Shown here: positions 1 to 12,400 of the stretch, piece by piece
Layout: each line of letters opens with the position of its first letter
Position numbering within the stretch: the first letter of the stretch is position 1
Source: Obrimoposthia wandeli
Taxonomy: Eukaryota
Assembly (NCBI GenBank): GCA_977020255.1
Contig: CDROCS010001776.1
Coordinates: 806,001 to 870,000 of the forward strand
DNA length: 64,000 nucleotides
Direction: 5' to 3'
Program-made: the position numbers and the translations under genes
Notes under the pieces: generated by a model
The model's database searches: none
What the model was told of the DNA's origin: nothing
The model's input: only the letters and a program-made list of their open reading frames with translations

Positions 1-411
1 TCCGTAAGTTTGTCAATTGGTGGTTGAGGTGTTCTTCTAGATTATGTTCCATGGTGTTGTTTTTATTTACCATAAAGTTTAAATTACGTAACAAAAGTCA
101 AGTTGAATAATTTAAAGTTTCTTGAACCAAAATTATGTATAGATAAAAAGTCATTTTAAAATTTTGGCATACTTAATGGAAAAGCAACTCCAATAAGGTG
201 CAAAATATTATTTGGAAGTATTTAAATATTACAACTTTTCAGCTACATTTCCGTTTCCATTGGATTCCATTAGGTTCCCTGGGTTAAAATAACTCAAAAT
301 TGTATATTTAAAAACAAGAAAACTCCATGACAAATTTCAGTTACTTACTAATTGTAAATGTATAATCCCCCTTTAAAATTCAGAGTTGGGTTAGCGGGAG
401 AAATTAGAAAC

Positions 412-480
412 AGCAAGAGTTCAGTGGTAGAATATATGACTGGTCAGAAGGGAGAACCGTAATTCAATTCCCAGGCACAC
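412..480 (+). mobile_element. tRNA(Gly)-like SINE head / tRNA-derived relic
   Basis: GTTCAGTGGTAGAAT (419-433, Pol III A-box-like, as in tRNA-Gly) and ATTCAATTCCC (462-472, degenerate B box); no intact cloverleaf. Confidence 0.55.
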
Positions 481-1265
481 CTTAAAATTCTCTCGCAAAC
501 TTTACACTGTAAAATTAAATTAACTATAATTTACTTTCTTATTAATTTTCTAGATATCTGACACAACCACATAAACAATATTATTCAATAGTGCGTGCCT
601 AATTATTTCAATATACATATAAATGTAAATTTTGAAAAAATATGTAGTCTTAGTATAAATTTATAATTTTATTTAATTAAATAATATTAGCAATATTTAA
701 TGTTTTTATTCTATTTGAACAAAAATTTTAGGGTAAATAGGTTAAACCTGTAAAATAACTCTAAATAAAATGAATGAAAACCTACCAAAATCAATTAAAA
801 TTTATTGTATTTTTAAATCAATTGTTGTGTAATGTTTTAAGTCAATATAAAAGACGTATCATAAATAATAAAATAACAACTTGAATTGTATTAAACTTAA
901 GATAGGCAAAATTGTGTTTTAAAATGGTACGATTTATTCAGCCTCGTAGAAAGGAATATCTTCTTTTCAGCTTCGAATCTATGAAAAAAGATTTATTATC
1001 TCGAATAAATACGAAACAATTTAATTTTTAAATATCTGCACTCGCATTGTAAAATATTAAAATATCCATTTAACTGTTTTGGAAAATTTGAACTTTTCCT
1101 TTTGAGTAAGCGTTTCCTAATGATACCATTTACAAATTGTCAAATGGATATTATCATGTATCATTGAATAGAACCACTACAAAAATGAGCATCATACATT
1201 GCATGAAAAAATGGCTACAAATTGAAATATAAACGACAGTCGAAGCTACAGTGTATATACTCTAC

Positions 1266-1559
1266 CAGGGTTCTCCAAGTGGGTTCTAAAGACAAAATCA
1301 GCAGTTTCGCGAACCGAAATTTAATAAAATAATAAAATTTACAAAAATTGGCTCTAACGTTACTACATCGACTCTTTATAATTACTTAATAAATACTTCA
1401 TTAGTTTAACTTTTTTTTATCTCTAAAACACTTTTTACCATAAATAATTTTTTTTTTTTATTCTTAACTTTTGGTTTTAAGCCTTTTTAAATAGGTAGGG
1501 ATTTTAATTTTTTAATAATACCAAAAGGTTCCACGTCCAAAAATGTTCGAGAACCCCTG
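1266..1559. mobile_element. hAT-type MITE
   Basis: Termini CAGGGTTCTCCAA ... TTCGAGAACCCCTG; 8-bp flanks TACTCTAC / TACTATAC (7/8 match), consistent with a hAT target-site duplication. Confidence 0.75.
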
Positions 1560-4500
1560 TACTATACTATATACCATATACTATTGATTAGCTATTGATT
1601 TTAAATTACTTAAGTAACCTCGAAATATTTCATAAACTCAATTTATTTATAACGCATAAACTGCTTTCAACGCCTGGAAAATATTTGTCAAAATAATTTT
1701 TTTTTTAATTTTTCTAACCACTATATAATATATATAATATAATAATCATTTATTGATCAAATTGAATTGTATAATAAAAAAATAATTATTTTTAGATTCT
1801 ATCATAAAAAACATGGTGTATTTAAATTGTATAATTTGTTATAAAACAATTTACTGGTTTCAAATTGTTCAAAATAGTCATTTTTATATAAATGATCACT
1901 GGCTTAGGTAAATAGAAAAATAATTAATGAAATATTGAATTATTAAAAGTTTCGATTTTATTTATGAAAAGAAGATATAACTGCCCTAAATATGTATATA
2001 TATAAGTTTTTTCTGTATGAATTAGATACTAGAATTAAAAAAAATTAATTTACGATGTTTTTGATTGTTTTATTTTTAATTTTGTAATTAAAATTTAATC
2101 ATAATGAAATAATACTTAATATTTAAATTATTTTTGAAGCCATCAATAAATGCTCCATATTCAGATAGACTTGTTGATGAATCAACCATCATTAGGTTCA
2201 AGAAAGCTCCTTTCTAACATTAAAATTAGAAAAATATTTCCATTGTTAAAAGCTAAGTTTAAAATAAATAAAAACTAATGAATATCAATGAGTTACAATT
2301 ATATATATTCAAAAATACTGGGTAAAATCTTTCGACATTTTCTTTCTCTTTAACGGAAAAGCAAATGTATAGTCGGAATGTGTCAGATTAGTACGAAAAT
2401 GTTATTTAAAAAATTCCATCTCTTCAGAATTTTGAGATATCGATAGGATCACATTTTTATACACAAAATAATTATTTTTCCATATGAGATATATTTTTGA
2501 TTGTAAAAAGTAGTTTAAAATGTACGAGTATGATATATTAAGTAGTTCATTTTATGTATGCCGTCACATTATGTGTTGTTAAATAAATATATGAGGCATT
2601 TATATTTAGTTATAACAATTAATTATTAGGAACGATCTGTTACGAGAATGTGGAATGCCTTTATTGGTTTCTAAAAGATTTCATGTTGCAAACGTAACCA
2701 AAGTATTTCAAACATTCAAATCTATTACAAACCTCTTTTTAGCTGACTTTGATTTATTAATAAAGGTTTTCTAGATAATGGCATTTCAGCTTCTGTATCT
2801 GTAGTATTATTTTCCATTATAATCTGTAATGTCTTCAACTTATTATCAAACTTTAAATGGGTACGATATGTGAATGATTAGTGAGCCATTTTGGTTAGCA
2901 GAATTGGCGATGTGGGATGAAATTTTGCTTGTTTCGTTATGCAATTCAAAGTAATAAATATGCAAAAATATAATCATGAAACTGTTTGAAAGAAATAAAC
3001 AAATTTCCATATGCTCACATTTTTAAAATGAAACAAATTTATGGACATTTATCTTTGTCTTGCATAAAATTTAAAAAATACTTTTTTATGTGTGGATTTT
3101 ATTTATATTGTTGCCTGAAATAGTTTTAAAAAATAGCAGTGCTATCAATCATATTTCAGCAAATATATAAATACATATATAACACAGTGATCAATCTTTT
3201 TTACATATTTGTGTTAGAAAAAGTAAATAAAATAAAATTTTCTTTAAAATATTTAAATTTCAACATGTACATATTTTCTGGGGGTTTGGTATGTGAATTC
3301 TAACAACATTTGATATAAATTAATTTTACAAGGGAAAATACTTTTTTGTGATAACGATAAATGGCAACAATTTATATATTATTCGACAGACAATAAATTA
3401 CAATCTTTTTTAATTCTATTTGTTGATGTGGTAAGTTAGGAAACAAAATTTTAATTTACCCTGTTTTACCAATATTTTGATTAATTAAAATAGAAATAAT
3501 TTTCTTTCTGTCAAATTATTCAATTTATCTACATTCTAAAATATATCAAATATTAATAAATTCAAATCGCATTAATTTTATAAGTTAAATTTTAATTTAA
3601 AAGAAAAATAGAAAATAAAAGAATGAATACTTTTAATAAATACTATGAAACTAACTCTTTATTCTGAATTACTAATTTCTAATTTGTTAAATTATATTTA
3701 TTATGAAAACTTTTATAAATTTATGATAGAAGTTTTCTGCTTTGTTAGATACATTAAAGGAGAGATAAACATTGATTCTTCGTGCTTTAAAAATTCATTT
3801 AAAAATGTTTAAAGTGTAAATTATTACTATTCTGAAATGTTTTACACTACAGATTTTATTTAAATGATTTTATTAATTTGTACTGAAAAATAAAGGAATT
3901 ATTTATGGAATAATTTTTAAAATGTTTAAAAGCATTTTTTTCATATTTTATAATTATTTTAAAAGATAATAAGTTTATTAAAAAAATTTTAATGAAGTTG
4001 CTAAAGTATGCTCAATGGGTTCAAAGATTTCTGTAACTAAGATTTGTGTAAACCGGGATATCTAGAAACAATTGTAATTGTCGAAAAAATAGCCAAATGT
4101 GTATTGGCAGAGTTGTATAAATTACGATAATAAATATTGTAAATGTCTTCGTATTTTTAAAATCACTTTTGTAATTAATTTTTTAATATTTAAATTTAAG
4201 AAAATATTCCACAAAATAATTTTAAAACCTTCAATACAAATTTCATCTAAATTGACTTACATGAACTTATTCTACTATAAAAAGTTAAGATATTTTATAT
4301 TTTACAATTTTACATTCATTTTACTGTTTAAGCTTGAACCTGTTAATAGTTAAAAAATCAAAATTTAAACAGATATTTTAGAAAAAATTAAGAGAAAAAA
4401 TATGAGAATTTTATTTACATTAACAATGGAACAGTTTCTCTAATTCCGTCTAGAAATGCTGTTTAGTCAAATTGTTTAAATATTTTGTATTCAAAATTTT

Positions 4501-5527
4501 GAGTTTTACCAGCACAAAGAACAATCTCATGTTTGTCAAAAATATCTTTGTTCACTTTGTTCTAAAGATAGTGTTTTATAAAATTTATATGCTATTTTGA
4601 AATTATTCCATAAATCATATTAAAATTAATTCAGTAAATAAAAAATGCATCTGTATTAAATCAGACACGGGCCTCAAATTGTCTCACCTTTCAACTCCTA
4701 ATTAGTATATAAATTTTAATTTTATTACAGATTAAGATCATTATTTTTGTGATGAGACCTATTACATTTTAATTTGAGTCACCATACATACTTTACTCAA
4801 CTTTAAGTCTAATTTCTATGTAAAAATGAATGGAATAAAGAAAAACGTATTTTTATTTAACTCTGAAACATTAAGTAAAAAATATCAATACATTTTTATT
4901 ATTAAGAATGAAATGGAGCATTTAGATGAGCTGAAGTTGACACTAATACCATTTGTAAGTATAACCGTTTACTGGAACTGGTTCCTAAGTAAATCTTTAG
5001 TTAAATAATGAAAATGTATTAGACAAAAATTTAACCTAATGAGTGACAATTAATTTTTTTTATAAATTTCAATAAAGTATCTTACAATGTTTTTCTTTTA
5101 GAAGTCCATTCATCTTTTGAATAAAATCAAATTGATTCAATTGATCATCGGTTGGAATCACCTGGCAAGGATAAAATTTAAAAAATAAAATATAATATAA
5201 ATTTTTTAAATTCAACTTCATAACAATAATATGTTTAATATCTCGCTAATATCTAATAAATGTATGATTTATTAATCAAAAACTCTTCATGTTCTCCATT
5301 ATTCTTCGTGATAATTTCTGATTAGTAAAGTCTTCAGCTACTTCTTGAATTTTTCAACATAGTTAAAGTTTCTTTTATTCTTCTGCAAATTGTTATAAAG
5401 ATTCAGAATATTTTGTGCTATTTTCTACTTTAATCTGTATATATTTTATATGAACATTTTCAAAAAATACTAAAGAAATACCAAAGAAAAATAAAACCAA
5501 ATCAGTGTAGATTTTAGCGGACAACTA

Positions 5528-5690
5528 CAGTAATTATTCACCTGTAAGGGTATTCATTAAAACATGTTTTTGAGAGAGACCGACACCGAATCACTTATAG
5601 ATGAATCACTTATAGATGTCACCCGGCACCCTTATAGGTGAAGCGTGAAATTTTCGGTGACCGGACACCCTTATAGGTGAATAATTACTG
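5528..5690. mobile_element. Tc1/mariner-type MITE (163 bp)
   Basis: 24-bp TIR CAGTAATTATTCACCTGTAAGGGT ... ACCCTTATAGGTGAATAATTACTG, TA on both sides; internal repeats CACTTATAGATG x2 and CACCCTTATAGGTGAA x2. Confidence 0.85.
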
Positions 5691-6329
5691 TAATCAGATA
5701 GTTTAAAAAATTAACTTCGATATTGTTTAACATTTTTAATTTCTAATTTTGTTATATCAAATTCAAAGATTTAGATAAATATTTTTGAGATTTAATTAAG
5801 TAAAAATATTATTCTAATTAATAATGAGTTTGAAAATAAAAAATATGTCACTGTTTCAAAATCCTTCTCAATTTCATTTGATATATTTCATTGTAGGCAA
5901 TTCTTTAATACTTTCTGTTTCTGAACTTTTCCTCGTTTACAAAGCCTAATGAGAAATATTTTAATTTTTGTTTACAATTTTTTAATTGAATATTAACAGA
6001 TTAATCATCAATGTTTACAATTCTCATCCTAATCCTCCTCAACGTTTAAGTGTTTTTGATGAAATTTATCGTCTAATTATCACATAAAACCTAAGATTTA
6101 CTCTCCACAAATCCTGTACATGCATTCAGATATTTGTTTAACAAAAAGGGTAATTATATAGAACTTGAATATTTTTCAAGGATGTGCTTGAAAATTGAAT
6201 TCATTTTTTTATTGTTGGAAAATAGAAAGCATTGTTTTCTTTTGTACTTGTTTCCAAATGTAATTTTTTATATTAAGAAATAATTACTGTTTTTCATTAT
6301 TTTCAATATATTTTCTAAATAGCTTTCTT

Positions 6330-6650
6330 ATATCTATTGGGAAATTTTTTGTTATTTGAACCAGACTTCAGAAGATCATATAAGTATTTGGGATTTTGTG
6401 AGATAATACATTTTTGATAATATGTCGATTCTTGAATTAATTCGGACATTGATAGACAGCCAATGGAGTTTCATTAAATGTTCATTTGTACTAACACTTT
6501 TCTTTTATTTTAATATAATTCTAATGGCTGTGTTAAAATGTTTCTGCAAGTGATTTAATTGATTAGCTCAAATTTTAAACAGTAAACAATTGAAAATCAA
6601 GTATTAATGTAATAATCACATGCTTTAGCATTGTAGTCATATCAGTAGGT
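6330..6650 (-). mobile_element. Non-LTR retrotransposon (LINE) 3' fragment, same family as 55340-55710
   Basis: Collinear similarity with 55370-55710 (GAAGATCATATAA.TATTTGGG, ATACATTTTTGATAATATGT, CATGC.TTAGCATTGTAGT); the minus-strand reading NFPIDIRKL parallels NLPIDIKTL in the other copy. Confidence 0.55.
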
Positions 6651-7214
6651 TTCCTGTTAACCTTTAACGTACAGGTTATCATATGATTCATAATAAAGTT
6701 AATTAATAATACGTAATAATCGATTTTTAATTCAATTTAGCTTTACATTATATCAATCTGAGTATAATGTAGTTACAATTGCAGAAAAATTTACCATTTA
6801 GTAACATTGTACATGAAAGTACTGACTAACCTTTTCCTGGTGAAACCGGTATCTGACGCCCGAGGGAGTAGGACTTGCATCGGATAAGCCTAGGACCAAT
6901 AGTGCCAGAAAAGGTGCAATTAGTGCCGACTGCATTTATTCTGCATGCATATGACCAACGCATTACAATTTTAATTTTAAATTCGACTCGTAGGAAAATA
7001 TTTGAATCTATTTTAACATTTATTTAATTTAATTGATAATCATGTTTTTTATAATTTTCATATCGATTTTATAAAATAAATGGATAAGTTTGAAAGTCAC
7101 TAGGAGATAACCAAGAACATTGAAAATATAAATAAAGATAACTCAAATAATTGGCTTGTGTGAGAGTGCATGTTTATTATATAATTAAATATTAATAAGT
7201 ATTTATTATTTTAA

Positions 7215-7449
7215 CCCTCTATCTCCTAGATTAAATTTTATTTTCGGATCTTTATAATTTTGATAATCTTGATGCCTCACTGATATTGTCCAAGTTTGTT
7301 TAATATGCGATTTTATCTTATAAAATGAACGATTCAGGCGTTATCTAACTAAATAAAATGACATGACCTAAAAAATAAATGTTTATTTAAAAAAAAAATT
7401 AAAAAGATTATCTTGGCGTTGCCATATGGCTACGCTAGGAGACAATGGG
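7215..7449. mobile_element. piggyBac-type MITE (235 bp)
   Basis: TTAA-CCCTCTATCTCCTAG ... CTAGGAGACAATGGG-TTAA; subterminal palindrome GCGTTGCCATATGGCTACGC. Confidence 0.8.
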
Positions 7450-10400
7450 TTAAATGATTAAATTATTTCAATGAACGATTTTTGTGAATAATTTAAATAT
7501 ATGATTGATCTAGTGCATACGACACTCCAGAATTACATTAGATGGAATTTTTCAGTTGCAAGTCCTGCATTATTTAGATCGGTTATGGGCACCCATGTAC
7601 ATAAAACAAACAAAAAATAAACATCCTTTGATTATCATTTAGTACGTCTTAATACCCCATATAGAATCACCAATAAACTTTGTTATATGATATGTTACGT
7701 ATTTAGATAAATGAAATGAATCTCAAAACTCAAAGCTGGATAAATTTACAACAGTTTCATGGCTTCGGCTCCAATGCTTCGCCGGTATTGTGATGTATGT
7801 TTGAAATAAAAATATGGCGAAATACTAAACACCCGTTTTGTGAAATAACTGATGTTTGACGAGTACAATATATTTTCAAATGGCTAGAGGATGTAAATAA
7901 AGATGATTTAATCGAAATGACGATTTAAGATGAGCCCTCTGTACCAATAAATAGTACTTAATGTAATGTTTTGTTTTTTTACGTAATACGCTTTGATATC
8001 CGTGATGTACCAGTGCTATTGGATCTTGAATAAAACAACACAGTGCTGAGCTCCCTTCCTCTGAAGCTTGACTAACACATTCAAGTTAACAATTAACTCT
8101 AATGCAGCAACAAAAATAAGTGTTCAGTTGTTGTTATAATCGGATCTTGAATAGAAAGCAAATTAATAGCAAATTAAATTATTGCATGTGTAATCTGCTT
8201 TAATTTCTCCTAAAAATGCAACAACACAGCTTCTCTTAGATTTCATAAAGCTCTCTAATACAAAGTTCAGCATCCCCAAGAGAGAGAAAGAGAGGGAGGA
8301 GAGTTCGAGAGAATATTTTAAAGCAGTATAATTTCTTTGTGTAATTGTGTCTTCGGATAATGCTTGTGTGAGGGGCGGTTGTTGTCAGACCCGTTGTCAG
8401 GATCACAATGACTCGGGACAATCAATCACAGGCCAGGAAACGGGGTTGACTGTGTGGGGAGACTCGTAATGGCAATTTTATGCAAATTCGGATGGTGATA
8501 TCTGTGTTGGAGTCGATATGAACTGGTCCCTACTGAGTGACTGATTCAATTGTCGCCTGTACCGGCTTGTGCCTCCTGAATGGCGTCGTGGAGCTGCAAC
8601 ACTGTGTTCCTCCGTAACTGCTTATTCCTGGGTCGGACTTCAGACAACCACGCGGTGCCCTTCATCAATCAATCAGAGTTATGTCCCATTGTTTATTCCT
8701 AGACTACACATCCGTCTTACAGGAAAATTAAATTATAATCATACAGTCCCGTCCCCATTTTAACGATGTTTGACAAACAAGGGTGTGTAAGCCATTATCA
8801 CTTTTTGATCTTCTCTAACCACTTTAATTGCAATGACATGATAAGAAGATCATGCTTAGATGAGTTTAAAATAAGAAATTCTTTGCGCTTCAATGTCACG
8901 CTGCATGGAAAATATCAGATAAGAATTAGCAAGGGCGAGACAGATGGAACAATCCGGCAATGCGAATTAACTATGTGAGAAAAGCCGACGACCGTGAAGA
9001 TTGAAACTAACAGATGTACTTAGGTTGTACAAACAAAGGAAATATAACTTAATACCTATGCGAGCACAGTAAATGACGACTAAAAGTCTGTGATTTAATT
9101 GCAAGATTATTTGAATTTCTACTGCTCAACTCTGCAATCTGCCTCAATGTCAATCGTTGCAAATTGCTATGATATAGTTTCTCTGCATTTTTATGGATTT
9201 CAGTGATTTGAGCATACAAAGGGCCTTTAAAAATACTCATAAAAAGAAACCAGGTAGAGTTAAATTATGTAAACAGCAGACCACTCAATGAAACAATGGC
9301 ACCCAATCCAATAGGTTTCAAAATTACTCTTCAGCTATCCTCACAGTGCGGTAGTGCCCATTTGTAGAAAACAAAACCGCTATTGATCATGAATTTGCAT
9401 TCAAAATTGAGTTGAGAAATCTTTCACTATTGACGTTTCCTTCGAAAAAGAAAGGTTATATGATACCAGATTATGAAATTGCAAGTCATATGGTGACATC
9501 GGCTAAATTGAAATATTTTCCTAAGATTCTTCTTCGTTCAGATGACCAATATACACAATATACACAGGCTTGTAGGAAATTAAACTTGAAACAAGCTTTG
9601 TGTGACAACTACACCCTATCTAAATGTGACATGTCTTCTTCAAACATTTTCAAAAGAAAGTCCAATAATTCGACTGTCTGAATCTCCATCATTTAATGCT
9701 TGTACCAAACGTAGAATACATGCTTTTACATTTATTTGCCTTTGCAACTTCAAAGTGTCAACTAAATATCCAGCTCTTGAGATAATCGACGAGTATGATT
9801 TACGGACTCCTATCCCAGCGTCATACTATTGGATGTCCATATGTCGCTGTAGTAGGTCTTCCACCTTTGGTAGATTCTTTTACCGACCACGATTCTTCCA
9901 ACTCATAACATAAAAGTTTTCTTTCTTTGCAGATTTTAAAATGAATCAATTATGAATCAATTAAAAGAAAAGCCATAATAAATTTATAAATTTTATTATT
10001 TATAGATTTTTTACGAAAATGTCTTAGATGCTTGACCTAATTAGAAACTTGTTTGAAACATTTTAACACCCTCTATATTGAAATGTAATTAAAATACACT
10101 GAGTGGCAACGGACTTTTTTAATGATCTTTTTTGTTTTAATTTAATCATAATTCTTGCATCAGAACTATAATAAAACAATTGTACTTTTTCTTCCACAAA
10201 AAATTACATTTTTAATGTTAAGAGGTTTTTTGTTTTTATATGTAGTGGTTTTTATTTCATAGTGATGGAAATTTTGCTTTTTTGAACGAGAGTGACTGTT
10301 ATTCTTAAATTTTGGCTTTATTACACGAAATTTATCTTTATTAAAAGGTTAAAAATTTAGTAAAAACTACAATGTCATATTTTCAACTGGCCATCTTAAT

Positions 10401-12129
10401 TTAGGTGAAAACACAGAAAAAAATTATAAAATAAAAATAAAAGATAAATGCTTTTAAATTGTGAGTAGTGTAAAGTGACGACTCCCAGCATCGCACACAA
10501 CAAAGAAAATACAAACTTTCTAAATTCAAATTTATTTTCAAAAAGCTATTCATTAAAACAAATTTATTTCAATTCATTTTAAAAAACAACAACAAAAACA
10601 ACATAATTAATACAGTTTAATTTATTTTATTCAACTATTTAAAACAAATTAATTCAATTCAATTAATTTTTTAAAAATTCAATCAAATTTATCAAATTTA
10701 ATCAATTTATTTTAATTCCAATTCAATCGAATCCAATTTAATTAAGTAAATTTCAATTAACTTTTTTTCCCATGATTTTTTAGGGATATGCAACTTTACG
10801 TTACCAGATCACTATCTACATCTAAATTAAAAACAAGAGATAAGAAAATTTCAAAATGTATTCAAAAGGATATTGTGCATGTAAGTCCATTACATATTTC
10901 ATATATTCAAACAAAATGAAGAATTTTTTTAATACACAATTTTAACTTCATTATACATGAGGAGAATTAGAAATGATTTATTCCAAAAATAATAAATATC
11001 GGTTTTTCAGATAATAAATGGAATTACCTGTTTGCATGATCTATTCGAACAGTTTCTTTATTTTTCATATTTTATTTTAACTTAGATGGAGATGGTGGTC
11101 CGATAATTCAAAACGAGATAATAAGGTATATATAAATCTAAATTATAAATATATATATAAATATATATATATTTAATTTAGATTTGTATAAATTATTTAA
11201 CTGAAATTAATTAGAATTGTTTTAATGAAGTGAATTGGTGAGATTTTGAATTAGGCAAATTTTCATACCAAAATGTTTAAAAGTAAAAAGGCAAAATATT
11301 TAAGTACAAAAGTCATAAGTCTAAAAATAGAACACCAATAAGAGCCTGCGAGAAAGGTGACGACTCTACGGAGGGTAATTCTTTTATGTACTGCAGTGCC
11401 GCGGACTCTTCACTGTATACTACTACTGTGTTACAAACTACATGTAATAATTCATTTATCATTAAATTTGTGATAAAAACTTTGTTATTTCTGAATTTAT
11501 AATTTCATATGTTTGTAATAATGTAATAACAAAATTAAATAATTAAAAGTATTAACTTTAATCCAGGATAATTTTTTAGGGAGTGAGTAAAATTATAAAA
11601 CACAACAAAAAATATTTAAAATTTAGTTAGAAGTTGTTAAAATAAAGATATGGAAAATATAAGAAATATAAAAATTAACCAATGAATAATTCTATCTATA
11701 GAAATTTCAAAATTGTAAATATACCCAAGTAAATAAAAGGAAAGTTTATTATATTTTGTTTGTAATTTTGTCGAAAAAATGAGCTTTAAATAATAATCAA
11801 ATGCGATTCGACCTTGATATTCGAAAATTATTTGTATTTCACATTTTAAAATAATCAATGGTGTATTGTAGTACAAACTAGTGAAACTATGGTTAGTAAG
11901 ATAACAAGATAAATAGTGAACTCAAAAAGTACGAGTTTGTTGACAATTTAAAGTAGATTTTAAAAATATGATATATAAAATTGAAATTACGAATATCGTT
12001 CTTACTTTTTGTTCTCAAAGATTTGAAACGAAATTGGTTGTGTTTTTTTATATACTAATTAAATTTTTTTGAAGCATTGCTAGAAAATTTAAACTGATAT
12101 TAACAGTTTTCATCTCAGTTTCTCAGCTT

Positions 12130-12400
12130 TGTACTCAAATGTGGTATTAAATGTTTTGATGAAATGAAAGTGCAACATCAATCTGAAAATCTTTGAATCC
12201 TGTGAACTGAAGATAACATAAGAATTGTGGAAGAAATAGCTTTAGTCGATTGTTTCTCGATACTTTCGACAGTTTCACACAGGTCTGGTATTCCGAAGTT
12301 GGCAGATCTTACCCAAATTAGCATAATGACAAGTTAGTTACCACACGACTTCAATGATAGAAAAACTGAAGCTGAGTACAATGCTCCCAGAATTTTTTCA
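12130..12400 (+). pseudogene. Degenerate mariner/Tc1-like transposase N-terminal fragment
   Basis: A reading resembling TEDNIRIVEEIALVD...LPHDFNDRK recalls the RTxENIxxV...L..D...R segment of mariner-like transposases; it has stops and no visible TIRs. Confidence 0.35.

Noticed and set aside
1-2860. Possible minus-strand exons of an unidentified gene (e.g. 2120-2215 KGAFLNLMMVDSSTSLSEYGAFIDGFK; 2735-2850 FDNKLKTLQIIMENN...)
   Set aside because: Splice phases could not be chained consistently and no protein family was recognised.
4099-5008. Short ORFs from the supplied track in AT-rich DNA (also 11637-11876, 13182-13373, 15602-15802, 26362-26709, 46777-46962, 53427-54066)
   Set aside because: Composition-driven F/I/L/K/N/Y-rich frames with no motifs; several are antisense to recognised features.
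6822-6852. Functional hammerhead ribozyme
   Set aside because: The core reads CUGACUA instead of CUGANGA and helix I does not pair.
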